A stretch of DNA of 64,000 nucleotides from an uncultured Acidobacteriaceae bacterium (GCA_963834445.1 CAWIBU010000009.1:928243-992242), one strand, 5' to 3'; counted from the first letter of the stretch, positions 25,850 through 35,681 are shown. Numbers and translations: made by a program. The notes: generated by a model from the letters alone, not told the origin.

Positions 25850-27042
25850 TCGCGCCGGCCCGCCAGGTCGCCTTCGAGCTGCTGCTGGAGCTAAGGAGCA
25901 AGCCGGATCTGCACAGCGACACCCTGCTGCACAGCAAACGGGTGAATGCCCTCTCTGACCTTGACAAGAACCTGGCCACCAACCTGGTGATGGGCGTATT
26001 GCGTTGGCAGCTTGTGCTGCAACAGCGCATCCGTGCGTTGCTGACCAGGGCCGGCCACCTGGAAGAGCCGGTGCAGGTGGCTCTCGAGTTGGGGGCCTTG
26101 CAGCTCTTGCTGCTTGACCGCATCCCAGCGCGCGCCGCCATCTTTGAGAGTGTGGAACTGGTGCGCCAGTCAGGCGAGACCTACGCTGTGGGATTGGTGA
26201 ACGCGGTCCTGCGCAAGCTGTCCCAATCGCCACGGCTGCAGCCTGCGGATGCCGTCGCGGCTCATCCCCCGTGGATCGTCGAACGTTGGCTGGCGGCATA
26301 CGGCCAGGAGGCTGCCGAAGCGATCTGCCGCTACGACCAGCTTCCTCCTGCCGGCGCCGGCGGAACCTTCGTCGTGCGAGCGCCCCATCGCCCGCAGGAT
26401 GAGGGATCGCAGTTAATCGCTGAGCTGGCAGGCCAGGGCACTGACATTTTGGATTGCTGCGCCGCGCCGGGAGGAAAAACCGCGATCCTTGCCGAGCGTA
26501 ACCCGAACGCCCAAATCACCGCCTGCGACATCAGTCCGCGCCGCCTCCAGGCCATGCAGCAGCTGCTCGGTCTGCAGCAAATCCGCTATCGCGTCCTGGA
26601 TGCGACCGAGCTCCCTCCCGACCAGCAATTCGATTTGGTGCTCTGCGACGCACCCTGTAGCGGAACAGGAACTCTCGCGCGCAACCCCGAGATCCGGCAC
26701 CGGCTCACTCTGGAAGGCCTCGCTCGTCACCACAACCGCCAGCTACGCCTTCTCCGTTCCTCTATGGGCGCCCTACGGCCAGGGGGCAGGCTGATCTACT
26801 CCACCTGTTCGCTCGAACCGGAAGAAAATGAACGCGTTGTCGCCCACGCCCTGGAGCAGCAGAAGGGGTTCCGCCTCCTACCCTGGCGCCCGCAGGTCCA
26901 GGCTCTGGAGCAAGCTGGCGTACTCCATCAAGGCACAACAGACCGTCTGCTTCCCGGCAACCTGCCCGATGATTTCGTAAGAACCCTACCCGGAACCGAC
27001 TCCTGCGACGGCTTCTTCGCCGCCTGCCTAACTCGAACCTAG
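25846..27042 (+). CDS. rsmB: 16S rRNA m5C methyltransferase (RsmB/Sun family)
   Basis: Motifs DCCAAPGGKT, LCDAPCSGTGT and LIYSTCSLEPEENE. ATGA overlap with fmt. Confidence 0.9.
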   Translation: MIAPARQVAFELLLELRSKPDLHSDTLLHSKRVNALSDLDKNLATNLVMGVLRWQLVLQQRIRALLTRAGHLEEPVQVALELGALQLLLLDRIPARAAIFESVELVRQSGETYAVGLVNAVLRKLSQSPRLQPADAVAAHPPWIVERWLAAYGQEAAEAICRYDQLPPAGAGGTFVVRAPHRPQDEGSQLIAELAGQGTDILDCCAAPGGKTAILAERNPNAQITACDISPRRLQAMQQLLGLQQIRYRVLDATELPPDQQFDLVLCDAPCSGTGTLARNPEIRHRLTLEGLARHHNRQLRLLRSSMGALRPGGRLIYSTCSLEPEENERVVAHALEQQKGFRLLPWRPQVQALEQAGVLHQGTTDRLLPGNLPDDFVRTLPGTDSCDGFFAACLTRT

Positions 27043-27113
27043 CAAAACTTTATTTTGGTTCGCCGATTCGGAAGGGGCAAGGGGCCGAGAATCTTTCCTT
27101 CCAAATGACCTCT

Positions 27114-27253
27114 GGGTGCCCCATATCTCGCTCGTTTTTCGCGAGATGTGGGATTCCACCGGTCTTTCTCCTGGACCGCTCGTAACCAGACGAAGTTATA
27201 GCTTTGGCGCGGTCAAATCCCAAATCTCGCGAAAAACGAGCGAGACCCGGCCC
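27114..27253. repeat. Palindromic REP-like element (GTGCCCCAT-ATCTCGC...GCGAGAT-GTGGGAT family)
   Basis: The left arm (27114-27155) and right arm (27215-27253) are inverted copies. The same arm sequence occurs at 49483-49673. Confidence 0.8.
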
Positions 27254-27315
27254 TGCTCCCGCCACCCTTAGTGCGCTTAGTGCGCGTTTTTTGCCAAATT
27301 GCACGGGCGCAGAAT

Positions 27316-28083
27316 CTACTGGGCGACGCGCAGCGTAACCGTCATCCCGGGCTGAACCCGATGCCCCGCGGCGGGGCTCTGGCTCAACACCGTACCGGCC
27401 GGATCCACCGTATCCGCCGGAGCCATATCGCTCCCCACCGCATCACTGGTCGGCAGCGCGCTCGAGTAGCTGTTCTCCACCGGCCCCACCTTCAGCCCGG
27501 CGTGCGCAATCATCGCCGACGCGGTCAACAGCGGCAACCCGATCATCTGCGGCATCACCATCGCCGGCGATGTCGCTGGCGCCGGGCTGCTCACCAGCAG
27601 GCTCACGCTGGGCCGTTCCACCCCACCGGCTCCCGGTTGCGGATTCTGCGCAATCACCGTGCCCGGCGCTGCCCCGCTATACGGCATCTGCGCCGTTTCT
27701 TCCAGGTCTAATCCCAGCCGCCGCACCTCGATGGCCGCCACCCGTTCCTGCTGCCCCACAACCTTCGGAATCGCCACCCGCTGCGGCCCCAGGCTTTCCG
27801 TCACCCGCATCCGCCATTCCCGCCGGACAATAGCCCCGGGCAGCGGAGATTGCGCTAAAACCCGGCCGGCGGGCACATCGACGCTGTAATACTTGTTGTC
27901 AATCCCCAGGTTCAACCCCGCGTTCGCCGTCTTATGTACCGCTTCTGAAACCGTGAGCCCCTGCAGGTCAGGGACCTTCACTTCCGCTCCATGGATGGCA
28001 AGACGCATGGTGATCACAGCCGAGACCAGTCCCGCCATGGCCAGCGCCAACCCGGCGAGCACAAGGCGAAAAAAATTGATCAT
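27316..28083 (-). CDS. Membrane-anchored protein with three PASTA domains and no kinase or PBP domain
   Basis: A TM segment (LVLAGLALAMAGLVSAVI) is followed by three repeats of the PASTA pattern (VPDLQGLTVSEA..., IPKVVGQQERVAA..., MPQMIGLPLLTAS...). Start set at the ATG at 28083, which forms ATGA with the OsmC stop. Confidence 0.78.
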   Translation of the reverse strand: MINFFRLVLAGLALAMAGLVSAVITMRLAIHGAEVKVPDLQGLTVSEAVHKTANAGLNLGIDNKYYSVDVPAGRVLAQSPLPGAIVRREWRMRVTESLGPQRVAIPKVVGQQERVAAIEVRRLGLDLEETAQMPYSGAAPGTVIAQNPQPGAGGVERPSVSLLVSSPAPATSPAMVMPQMIGLPLLTASAMIAHAGLKVGPVENSYSSALPTSDAVGSDMAPADTVDPAGTVLSQSPAAGHRVQPGMTVTLRVAQ

Positions 28084-28490
28084 GCCGGGTTGGTCCCGTA
28101 GATGATCTCGTAATCGATCACCGCCGCTTTCTCCAGCATCTTCGAAACCGAACAATATTTGTTCTTCGACAGCGCCACCGCATCTTCCATCGCCTTAGCG
28201 GAAACGGTTCCACCCACCTGGTAGGTAAGGTGAATATGGGTAAATACCCTGGGAGTATCGGCCGCCTGCTCGGCAACCGCTGAAACCGTGAGCGAGGTAA
28301 ACGGCTCCCGCTTCTTGCGCAAAATCGAGACCACATCCACCGACGTGCAGCCGCACAGAGCCATCAGCACCAGTTCCATGGGGCTCGCGCCTGCCAGGTG
28401 GGCAGCGTCCCCATCCATGGTGACGTGGTGGCCGCTATGCGACTCGCCATCGTACTGCTGGTCCTGCTTCCAGGTAACCTTTGCCCGCAT
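28080..28490 (-). CDS. OsmC/Ohr-family peroxiredoxin-like protein
   Basis: 136 aa, with two conserved Cys contexts: LMALCGCTS and KNKYCSVSKM. Confidence 0.85.
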   Translation of the reverse strand: MRAKVTWKQDQQYDGESHSGHHVTMDGDAAHLAGASPMELVLMALCGCTSVDVVSILRKKREPFTSLTVSAVAEQAADTPRVFTHIHLTYQVGGTVSAKAMEDAVALSKNKYCSVSKMLEKAAVIDYEIIYGTNPA

Positions 28491-28575
28491 ACCCTCAAGT
28501 CTATCCAGTTACCTCGATGCGAGCGCATCGGCGAGCTCCAGGTGACCTCACCTGGTAACCTCGCGGGCTGCAACT

Positions 28576-29319
28576 TTAGGAGGGCTTGACGCCGCGATAC
28601 AGACCGGCGATCCCGAAGCTGTAGGGGGTCCAGGAAACCTGTTCGAAACCCACCGAGCGCATCGTTCTCAGCAATTCAGGGGGGGAAGGGAATTGCCGAA
28701 CCGAGCTGGGAAGGTAACGGTAAGGTCCGGAGACACCCGAGATCAGCCCACCTACACCCGGCAGCACCCGGCGGAAGTAGAAGGCGTAGAGCTTGCCCAT
28801 CAATCCGCCAGGTTCGCTGAAGTCGAGAATCCCCAGCTCGCCGCCCGGTTTCAGGGTGCGGTAGAACTCCTCCAGGCCGGCTTGGTAGTTGGCCAGATTG
28901 CGAAACCCGAAGGCGGTGGTGAGCAGATCGAGCGAGCCGGCGGCCAGGGGGAGATGCAGCGCATCGGCCTCCAGCGCAAGCGCGCCTTTCGCGCTAAATT
29001 TGGCCGCCCCTCGCACCAGCATCTGGTGCGCGAAATCGGCCGCCAGCACCGGCCTGCCCTGTTTCGGCCTGCGCTTCAGCAGCGCCAGCGTCATGTCTCC
29101 TGTACCGCAGCACAAGTCCAGGACCTGCGCATCCGGCCGGGCAAGCACGTGGCGAAAAGTGCGCGCCGCCCGCCGCCACCAAACGCGATCGATATTGCAC
29201 GAGAGCACATGATTCAGCAGATCGTACCGCGGTGCGATCTGGTCGAACATGGTGCGCACCGCGGCCGCTGCGCTTTGCTCGTCCCCGGTACCTTCTGGCT
29301 GGGCCCCTGGCGCCCGCAT
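28576..29319 (-). CDS. ubiE: Demethylmenaquinone/ubiquinone C-methyltransferase
   Basis: FDQIAPRYDLLNHVLS plus the SAM motif VLDLCCGTGDMT. Confidence 0.88.
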   Translation of the reverse strand: MRAPGAQPEGTGDEQSAAAAVRTMFDQIAPRYDLLNHVLSCNIDRVWWRRAARTFRHVLARPDAQVLDLCCGTGDMTLALLKRRPKQGRPVLAADFAHQMLVRGAAKFSAKGALALEADALHLPLAAGSLDLLTTAFGFRNLANYQAGLEEFYRTLKPGGELGILDFSEPGGLMGKLYAFYFRRVLPGVGGLISGVSGPYRYLPSSVRQFPSPPELLRTMRSVGFEQVSWTPYSFGIAGLYRGVKPS

Positions 29320-29321
29320 GG

Positions 29322-30425
29322 CTACGCGCGGCCCCCGGCTTTGCGCCCGGTCTGATAGATGGTCGCAATGGCTGCCAGCACTTCGGCATCGTTCACATCT
29401 TCGACGACCACGGCCTTGCCGATGCCCTGCAGCAGCACGAATCGGCGCACCCCGGCCCGGTTCTTTTTATCGCCGGAAGCTGCCCGCAACAACCGTTTGC
29501 CGCTGACCGCCGGCAGCGCCGGAGGAGCAAAGTAGCGAATCAGCGCCTCCGTGCGGCTGGCTTCCTTCTCCGTGACCAGCTTGCGCTCACGGCTGATGTG
29601 CAGTGCGGCGAGCATGCCCCAGGCAATCGCCTCCCCGTGCAGCAGCGCGCCATAGCCGCTGGCGGCCTCAATCGCGTGACCGATGGTGTGGCCAAAGTTG
29701 AGAATCATGCGCAAACCCAGTTCCCGCTCATCCAGGGTCACCACCTCGGCCTTCATTTTGATCGAGGCCGCGACCATCTTTTCCAGAGAGGCCGGGTCGC
29801 CCCGGTCGATCTGTTCCTTGTGGCTCTCGATGAAGCGGAACAGGGCCGCATCCCGAATCAGCCCCGCCTTGATGCTTTCGTACACGCCGGCGCGTAGCTC
29901 TCGCTGTGGCAGCGTGCGCAGCAACTCGATATCGGCGATCACGGCCTGCGGAGGGTAAAAGCACCCCACCAGGTTTTTGCCGGTTTGCAGGTTGACCCCG
30001 GTCTTGCCGCCGACCGAGGAATCGACCTGCGATAAGAGCGTGGTCGGAATCTGAATGTAGTCGATGCCGCGCATATAGATCGCGCTGACAAAGCCGCCCA
30101 CATCACCGGTCACGCCGCCGCCGAAGGCGATCAGCATGGATGAACGATCGGCGCCTGCCCGGGTCATCTCCGTGGTCAACCGCTCCACCTGGGCCAGGCG
30201 TTTATGACTTTCTCCGGCGGGCAGAAACAGCACAACTGGTTCGCGAGGTGCGAGCGCAGTCTGCAGCCGCTGGCCCCAAAGCGCCCAGATCTCCGGCGAG
30301 GTTAAAACAAAGGTGAGTTTGCCGGCAATCGCCGGCGCTAAGGAACGAAGGATGCCGCTCCCCACGGAAACGGTGTACTGCCCAAGCTTGGTCGATACGG
30401 GTATCTTGCGCACGGCTGAGACCAT
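29322..30425 (-). CDS. aroB: 3-dehydroquinate synthase
   Basis: Motifs GGGVTGDVGGF and NFGHTIGHAIE. Confidence 0.93.
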   Translation of the reverse strand: MVSAVRKIPVSTKLGQYTVSVGSGILRSLAPAIAGKLTFVLTSPEIWALWGQRLQTALAPREPVVLFLPAGESHKRLAQVERLTTEMTRAGADRSSMLIAFGGGVTGDVGGFVSAIYMRGIDYIQIPTTLLSQVDSSVGGKTGVNLQTGKNLVGCFYPPQAVIADIELLRTLPQRELRAGVYESIKAGLIRDAALFRFIESHKEQIDRGDPASLEKMVAASIKMKAEVVTLDERELGLRMILNFGHTIGHAIEAASGYGALLHGEAIAWGMLAALHISRERKLVTEKEASRTEALIRYFAPPALPAVSGKRLLRAASGDKKNRAGVRRFVLLQGIGKAVVVEDVNDAEVLAAIATIYQTGRKAGGRA

Positions 30426-30438
30426 CGTATCGCAGGCT

Positions 30439-31326
30439 TCAGTTCTTCCTTGTGACCCGCAACGAAGCGATTGTAGCCGCTACCACCACCAGGACGATGA
30501 AGCCGAGCGAAACCGTCACCGGCACATGAATCCATCGCGAAGCCAGCATCTTGCCGCCGACGAACCCAAGAATCGCAGCCAGGCCCAGATGCAGGTAGCG
30601 TAGGCGGTCGAGCAGCCCGGCCAGCAGGAAGTAGAGCGACCGCAGTCCCAGAATGGCGAAGATGTTCGAGGTATAAACCACGAACGGATGGTTCGAAATT
30701 GCCAGCACAGCGGGCACGGAATCCAGCGCGAACACCAGGTCGACGACTTCAATGGCGACCACCGCGAGCACGAACATTGTCCTGGGGTTGGTCCCGAAAC
30801 GCTTTGTCCAGCGCGTTATCCATTGAGCTGGGGTAGGCGCAGCCCCTTTCTTCTTCGCCATCAGGAGCCGCACCGCCGCAACCAACAGCAGCGCGCCGAA
30901 AAAATACTGGATCCAGGCAAATCGCCGCAACAGCGCAATGCCGGCAAAGATAAACACCCCACGCATCACAATGGCGCCCAGGATGCCCAGCAGCAGCGCT
31001 CTCCTTTGTGCCTCGGCGCTCAAACCAAAGGACCGGAACATGAGCAGGAAGACGAAAAGGTTATCGATGCTCAGGGAGAGCTCGATCAGGTATCCAGAGG
31101 CAAATTCAAGCGCGATTGGGTGGCCGAGAACGTGGCCTATCCAAACCCCGAACGAGGCGGCGAGGGCGAGGAGAAACAAAACGAATACAAAATTCTGCCT
31201 GGTTTGGCTGGAAGGCTTTCCCCGGCCGAGAACGGTGAGGTCGACAACAATCAAAACCAGCAGAATCAGGTGGAAGCCGATCCAATAGGAGAGAGGTGCG
31301 CCTTCCAGCATGATCGTTTCTACCAC
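30439..31326 (-). CDS. TerC-family integral membrane protein
   Basis: Motifs SLSIDNLFVFL and ALDSVPAVLAIS, with multiple TM segments. Confidence 0.88.
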   Translation of the reverse strand: MVETIMLEGAPLSYWIGFHLILLVLIVVDLTVLGRGKPSSQTRQNFVFVLFLLALAASFGVWIGHVLGHPIALEFASGYLIELSLSIDNLFVFLLMFRSFGLSAEAQRRALLLGILGAIVMRGVFIFAGIALLRRFAWIQYFFGALLLVAAVRLLMAKKKGAAPTPAQWITRWTKRFGTNPRTMFVLAVVAIEVVDLVFALDSVPAVLAISNHPFVVYTSNIFAILGLRSLYFLLAGLLDRLRYLHLGLAAILGFVGGKMLASRWIHVPVTVSLGFIVLVVVAATIASLRVTRKN

Positions 31327-31374
31327 GAAGCCAACTTGGCCCTCTCAGGATCCACCTGCACCCCGAAACGACCA

Positions 31375-31665
31375 GCCTTCAAACAAATTTGTCATCCAAA
31401 GTGGCCGACCTGCTTGGCGCCAAGTCAAGGATGGAACGAACGCGGAGAGCTCTTGCTTTTTAAACCCATCCCCCAAAGCAAATTTGTCATCCCGACCTGA
31501 GCGTAGCGCAGCGGAGGGACCTGCTGTGCGCCTCTCCCATTAGCAACTCTTAAGGGCGACCGTTACCCTCCCCTTTGTCATCCCGACCGAGCGTAGCGAA
31601 GTGGAGGGATCTGCGGTGCGCCTCTCCCCCAAACCAAGGCCCCACAAGTGAAGCTCGCAAATCTT
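31375..31665 (+). repeat. Repeat cluster: a D-like module followed by two empty A modules
   Basis: Contains AAATTTGTCATCC, the hairpin GACCTGCTTGGCGCCAAGTC (31407-31426), then TTTGTCATCCCGACCTGAGCGTAGCGCAGCGGAGGGACCTGCTGTGCGCC and TTTGTCATCCCGACCGAGCGTAGCGAAGTGGAGGGATCTGCGGTGCGCC. Confidence 0.85.
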
Positions 31666-31679
31666 GCCAAAAACAGCCC

Positions 31680-32567
31680 TTATCGCTCGTTCAACAGCCG
31701 CACCGTTTCCAGAAACACATCCCCCACAATCGTGAGGCTCTTCGCGCTCAGCTTGTCCATGGTGTCCTGCGGCGTGTGCCAAAAGGCGTTCTGATAGCCA
31801 TAATCAAAATCGATGATATCGGCGCAGGGCACGCCCCGCTGCACAAAGGCAGTGTGGTCATCGCCCACCGTATTCTCCGTCTGGAAAAAATACGACTGGT
31901 CGCCAAACTTCCCAGCCGCCTGTTTTACCAGGTCAAGCAACCAGGGCGTCGAGCTCAAATCCCTCACCACATCGAGGTCGCGGTCCCCGATCATGTCTGC
32001 CAGCAGAAATCCCTTGATGCGCTTCAGCGTGCCATCCGCTTGCCACTTCGCGGCGAGGTGCCGGCTGCCGTATGCTGAGTCGGTGTCGGTCCACCCCTTG
32101 ATCGCCTCTTCGCCATCAAAGAAAACCAGCCACACACTGTATCCATCGAGCTTTTTGCCGCGAAAGCTATTCGCCAGTTGCAGCAACAGTCCCGTGCTCG
32201 ACCCGCCGTCATTCGCGCCCACGTACCCCGTGTCTTTCAGGGGGTAATTGGTGTCGTAATGGCTGGCCAGCACGATAATGCCATCCTTCGTGCCAGGAAA
32301 TTTGACAATGTAGTTGGTCATGGCCAGCGGCCCGGCCGGGGTCGGCATAGTGAAGCTGTCTTTCACCAGATTGTCTTTGGCAAACTGCCGCTCGAGGTAA
32401 GCCTCGGCCCTGGCATGCCCTTTGCTGCCCAGCCAACGAGGTCCGGTGGCTACAAAGTCCCGCGTATAAGTCAGCGCGCGCTCGCCATCAAAGCGCGGCA
32501 GCGGCGCCGTCTGCGCCCCGGCCACGCACACAACCAGGGGCCAAAAGAGGCAAAGCCAGCGCGTCAT
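31680..32567 (-). CDS. M28-family metallopeptidase (glutaminyl-cyclase-like), secreted
   Basis: Motifs VLASHYDT, GANDGGSSTG and VFFDGEEA. Signal peptide MTRWLCLFWPLVVCVAGA. Confidence 0.85.
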   Translation of the reverse strand: MTRWLCLFWPLVVCVAGAQTAPLPRFDGERALTYTRDFVATGPRWLGSKGHARAEAYLERQFAKDNLVKDSFTMPTPAGPLAMTNYIVKFPGTKDGIIVLASHYDTNYPLKDTGYVGANDGGSSTGLLLQLANSFRGKKLDGYSVWLVFFDGEEAIKGWTDTDSAYGSRHLAAKWQADGTLKRIKGFLLADMIGDRDLDVVRDLSSTPWLLDLVKQAAGKFGDQSYFFQTENTVGDDHTAFVQRGVPCADIIDFDYGYQNAFWHTPQDTMDKLSAKSLTIVGDVFLETVRLLNER

Positions 32568-33361
32568 GCCGCCTGCTTTTTCCTGTTCCTGCGGTTAGGA
32601 TGAACCATGTACGCGACCCCAATGCTGAGCAGGTAAAGCATCAGCATGGGTGCGGCGAACACGCACATCGTCAGAACATCGGGGGTAGGCGTAATGATGG
32701 CGGCAATGATGAAGATGACCAGGATCGCGTAACGAATGTTCTTCCACAGCCAACCCGCCGTCACCATGCCGAACAGCGCCAGAAAGAAAACCAGGATAGG
32801 CAATTCAAAGGTGATGCCCAGGCCCAGGATCACGGTCATGAACAGCTCGGTATATTCCCCCACCGTGACCATGGGCCGGAACTGATCGCCATAACCGATG
32901 AGGAAGTTCAGCGCTCCGGGGTAAACATAGTGGTAGCCAAAGAAGGCTCCCAGGAGAAAGAGCCCGACCGTGGCCGTCATAAAGGGCAGGATGTACCGCT
33001 TCTCCTGCCGGTATAGTCCTGGAGCAATGAACAGCCACACCTGGTATAGGACAAACGGTGAAGCAATGATGCAGCCCGCGACCAGGCTTATCTTGATGAA
33101 GAAATTGAACGGATCGACCGGATTGAGATAGACCAGGTGGGGATCGAGGTTGTGCGCCTTCAGCGCCGAGACAATCGGCTGCTCCATAAACGCAAAGAGT
33201 CGTTGGCGGAAGCCATACGCCACGAAAAACGCGACGATCAGATAAATACCGGAATGAATGATGCGCTTGCGCAGTTCCTCCAGGTGTTCCAGGAGGCTCA
33301 TGCCCGGTAATTCTGCGCGTTCTGTCACGGCTGTCCGGGCCCGGTCCACGAGGTCAGTCAT
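32564..33361 (-). CDS. tatC: Twin-arginine translocase subunit TatC
   Basis: MSLLEHLEELRKRI and six predicted TM segments. The start could instead be the internal MSLLEH. Confidence 0.92.
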   Translation of the reverse strand: MTDLVDRARTAVTERAELPGMSLLEHLEELRKRIIHSGIYLIVAFFVAYGFRQRLFAFMEQPIVSALKAHNLDPHLVYLNPVDPFNFFIKISLVAGCIIASPFVLYQVWLFIAPGLYRQEKRYILPFMTATVGLFLLGAFFGYHYVYPGALNFLIGYGDQFRPMVTVGEYTELFMTVILGLGITFELPILVFFLALFGMVTAGWLWKNIRYAILVIFIIAAIITPTPDVLTMCVFAAPMLMLYLLSIGVAYMVHPNRRNRKKQAA

Positions 33362-33764
33362 TGTGAAGGGTCGCCTGCTCCGGCAAACGTTCGAGTGCGT
33401 CGTGTGCTAATTCCGGGTGCTCACCAATCACGGCCTCGAGTTCCGCGACCTCCTCATGGACCGGGACCACCCGTGAAGACGGGCTTTCGCTGCTCACCGT
33501 GGTCCCCTCACTCGGGGGCCGGATGGTTGGGCTCTCGGCCAGCGGGGCCGAAGTAGTGGTCACGACCGGGGCCGCGATTTCCTTTTGCCGATCCGCATGT
33601 TCGGCCGCGCGCAGTTCTTCATCGATCTGCATCTTGAACTCATTGCTGGCGCGCCGGAACTCGAGCATCAGCTTGCCCAGCTGGCGACCGATTTCCGGAA
33701 GCTTCTTGGGGCCGAAAATCACCAGGGCCAATCCGAAAATAAAGATGGTATCGGGCAAACTCAT
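33354..33764 (-). CDS. tatB: Twin-arginine translocase TatA/TatB-family protein (TatB-like by its 136-aa length)
   Basis: MSLPDTIFIFGLALVIFGPKKLPEIGRQLGK from the ATG at 33764. Confidence 0.82.
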   Translation of the reverse strand: MSLPDTIFIFGLALVIFGPKKLPEIGRQLGKLMLEFRRASNEFKMQIDEELRAAEHADRQKEIAAPVVTTTSAPLAESPTIRPPSEGTTVSSESPSSRVVPVHEEVAELEAVIGEHPELAHDALERLPEQATLHND

Positions 33765-33850
33765 TGCTTTGTCATGATACCTGCCCTGCCAAAGGGCCAC
33801 AAATCACCCGGTCTGGGGTTTACCATAAGGCTTAGACATAGGTCGTATGT

Positions 33851-34285
33851 ATGAAGACATTTTCCCTGGATGAAGCGCAATCGCTCCTGCCGATTCTCGA
33901 GTCCCTGTTGCGGCGGGCGATCGAGGCCAAAGAGAGCGCCGGTCAGGTCGAAGCCGATCTGCAGCGGCTCAGCCAGAGAATTTTCCTTTCCGGCGGTCTG
34001 TTGGTCGATGTGGCGGCGGTGGCCCGCAAACGCATGGCCCAGCGCGCTGCGGTGCAGCAAGCCCAGGATGCCATTCAGGAAATCGACTCGATCGGTGTCC
34101 AGGTAAAAGACCTGGATAAGGGGCTATTGGACTTCCCCTGCCAGCTCGGGGAGCAGATTGTGCTGCTTTGCTGGCAATTAGGCGAAGCGAAAATCGACTT
34201 CTGGCACACCATGGAATCGGGCTTTCAAGGCAGGCAACCACTCGACGAGCGCTTTCAAAAAAGCCGTCCCGAGCGACCCAACTAA
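33851..34285 (+). CDS. DUF2203-like hypothetical protein
   Basis: The patterns MKTFSLDEAQSLLPILESLL and GVQVKDLDKGLLDFP...LCWQLGE...FWH match my recollection of DUF2203. Confidence 0.55.
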   Translation: MKTFSLDEAQSLLPILESLLRRAIEAKESAGQVEADLQRLSQRIFLSGGLLVDVAAVARKRMAQRAAVQQAQDAIQEIDSIGVQVKDLDKGLLDFPCQLGEQIVLLCWQLGEAKIDFWHTMESGFQGRQPLDERFQKSRPERPN

Positions 34286-34402
34286 CCGTCCCGTCCTGCA
34301 CAATACGAAACCCACATGTTCCAACACCGTCCAGAGGGTTACTGATATTGACCCCGTAGGCTCTCCGCGCGCAATCGACTGTTAGACTGCAACCGACCGT
34401 CG

Positions 34403-35656
34403 ATGAACGAAAAGCACACCATACACGCCAGCCTTACGCTCCTGCTCGGTACGCTGATCACCGACCGGCAGGGCCGTGTGCAGGGCCGACTGAAAGATGT
34501 GGCCGTGGGCACCGGAGCCTCTGCCGGCAATGTCGCGGGCTTGGTCCTCAAGACGCGCGCCGGCGCTGTGCTGGTGGCCGTGAAGGATGTATTGCAGACG
34601 CCAGCCGGGACATTGGAATTGCGCGAGGATGCCGCGTTACAGCCCCTTCGCGGCGATGAAAATTTCCTCCTCCTGCAGCAGGACGTCATGGACCGGCAAA
34701 TCATCGACGTGCATGGGCGCAAGGTCGTCCGGGTCAACGATATTGACCTGCAGTGGTTCCCGCAGAATGGTCATGAGAGCCTGCGTGTCTCAGAAGTGGC
34801 GGTGGGCCTGCGCGGCGCTGTGCGCAGGCTGCTGAAAGGCGTGATGCCCAGGCATACTCTGGAAGCCTTCGCCATGCGCTTCCGCGCCAGCATCATTCCG
34901 TGGGAGTTTGTCGACCTGATTGAAGTCGATCCGGCGCGCCGCGTGAAGCTGAAGATCGAGCACGCGCGCCTGGCCAGCATGCACCCTTCCGACCTGGCTG
35001 ACATTCTGGAAGACCTGTCGGCCCAGGAACGCGAGGCCATCTTCGTCTCTCTCGACGAAGAGGTCGCCGCCGAAGCACTGGAGGAAGTCGACCCTCGCAT
35101 GCAGAAGGCTCTGCTCGAATCACTCGATTCCGGGCGCGTTGCCGACATCGTGGAAGAGATGGATCCCGGCGCCGCGGCCGATCTGCTGGCCGAACTTTCC
35201 GACGAGCGTTCCGAAGCCATTCTCGAGGAAATGAATCCGGAAGAACGGCACGATGTAGAAGAACTACTCGAGTTCCGCGAGGACTCGGCCGCCGGCAGAA
35301 TGACGACCGACTGTGTTCAAGTGAACGCGGACGCAACCGTCGGCGAGGCTGTCCGGGCGCTGCGCGATTTTGATGGCGATCCGGAAGGGGTAACCGAAAT
35401 CTATCTCACCGGGAAAGACAACGTACTCGAAGGGGTTGTGGCGCTGTCGCGGCTGATTCTGGCGCTGCCTGAAACGCGGCTCAAGGTTCTGGCCGAACCG
35501 CGGATTATCTCGACCCATGCCGAGACCCACCAGAATGAAGTCGCCGAGCTTTTCGATAAGTACAATCTGCACGCGCTCCCCGTGGTCGACAGCGCAAATC
35601 GATTAGTTGGCGTCGTGCAGGCCGATCACGTCATCGCATTTTTACGATCAAAATAG
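34403..35656 (+). CDS. Soluble protein with PRC-barrel-like, MgtE_N and tandem CBS domains, and no membrane domain
   Basis: HPSDLADILEDLSAQEREAIFVSLDEEVAAEALEEVDP...VADIVEEMDPGAAADLL is the MgtE N-domain pattern. A CBS pair follows and the protein ends there (417 aa). Confidence 0.8.
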   Translation: MNEKHTIHASLTLLLGTLITDRQGRVQGRLKDVAVGTGASAGNVAGLVLKTRAGAVLVAVKDVLQTPAGTLELREDAALQPLRGDENFLLLQQDVMDRQIIDVHGRKVVRVNDIDLQWFPQNGHESLRVSEVAVGLRGAVRRLLKGVMPRHTLEAFAMRFRASIIPWEFVDLIEVDPARRVKLKIEHARLASMHPSDLADILEDLSAQEREAIFVSLDEEVAAEALEEVDPRMQKALLESLDSGRVADIVEEMDPGAAADLLAELSDERSEAILEEMNPEERHDVEELLEFREDSAAGRMTTDCVQVNADATVGEAVRALRDFDGDPEGVTEIYLTGKDNVLEGVVALSRLILALPETRLKVLAEPRIISTHAETHQNEVAELFDKYNLHALPVVDSANRLVGVVQADHVIAFLRSK

Positions 35657-35681
35657 TCATTTGAAGGTCTAACCCCGACCC

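Noticed and set aside
31327-31679. A yybP-ykoY (Mn2+) riboswitch upstream of the TerC-family gene, a frequent association.
   Set aside because: Reading the minus strand upstream of the TerC start, I could not find the conserved GGGGAGUAG and distal GACA-type motifs. The region is occupied by A/D repeat modules. A covariance-model scan would be needed to exclude it fully.
34286-34402. An M-box (Mg2+) riboswitch upstream of the MgtE_N/CBS-Nramp pair.
   Set aside because: Only about 117 nt are available, and I recognise none of the M-box conserved segments. This should still be checked with Rfam/Infernal.
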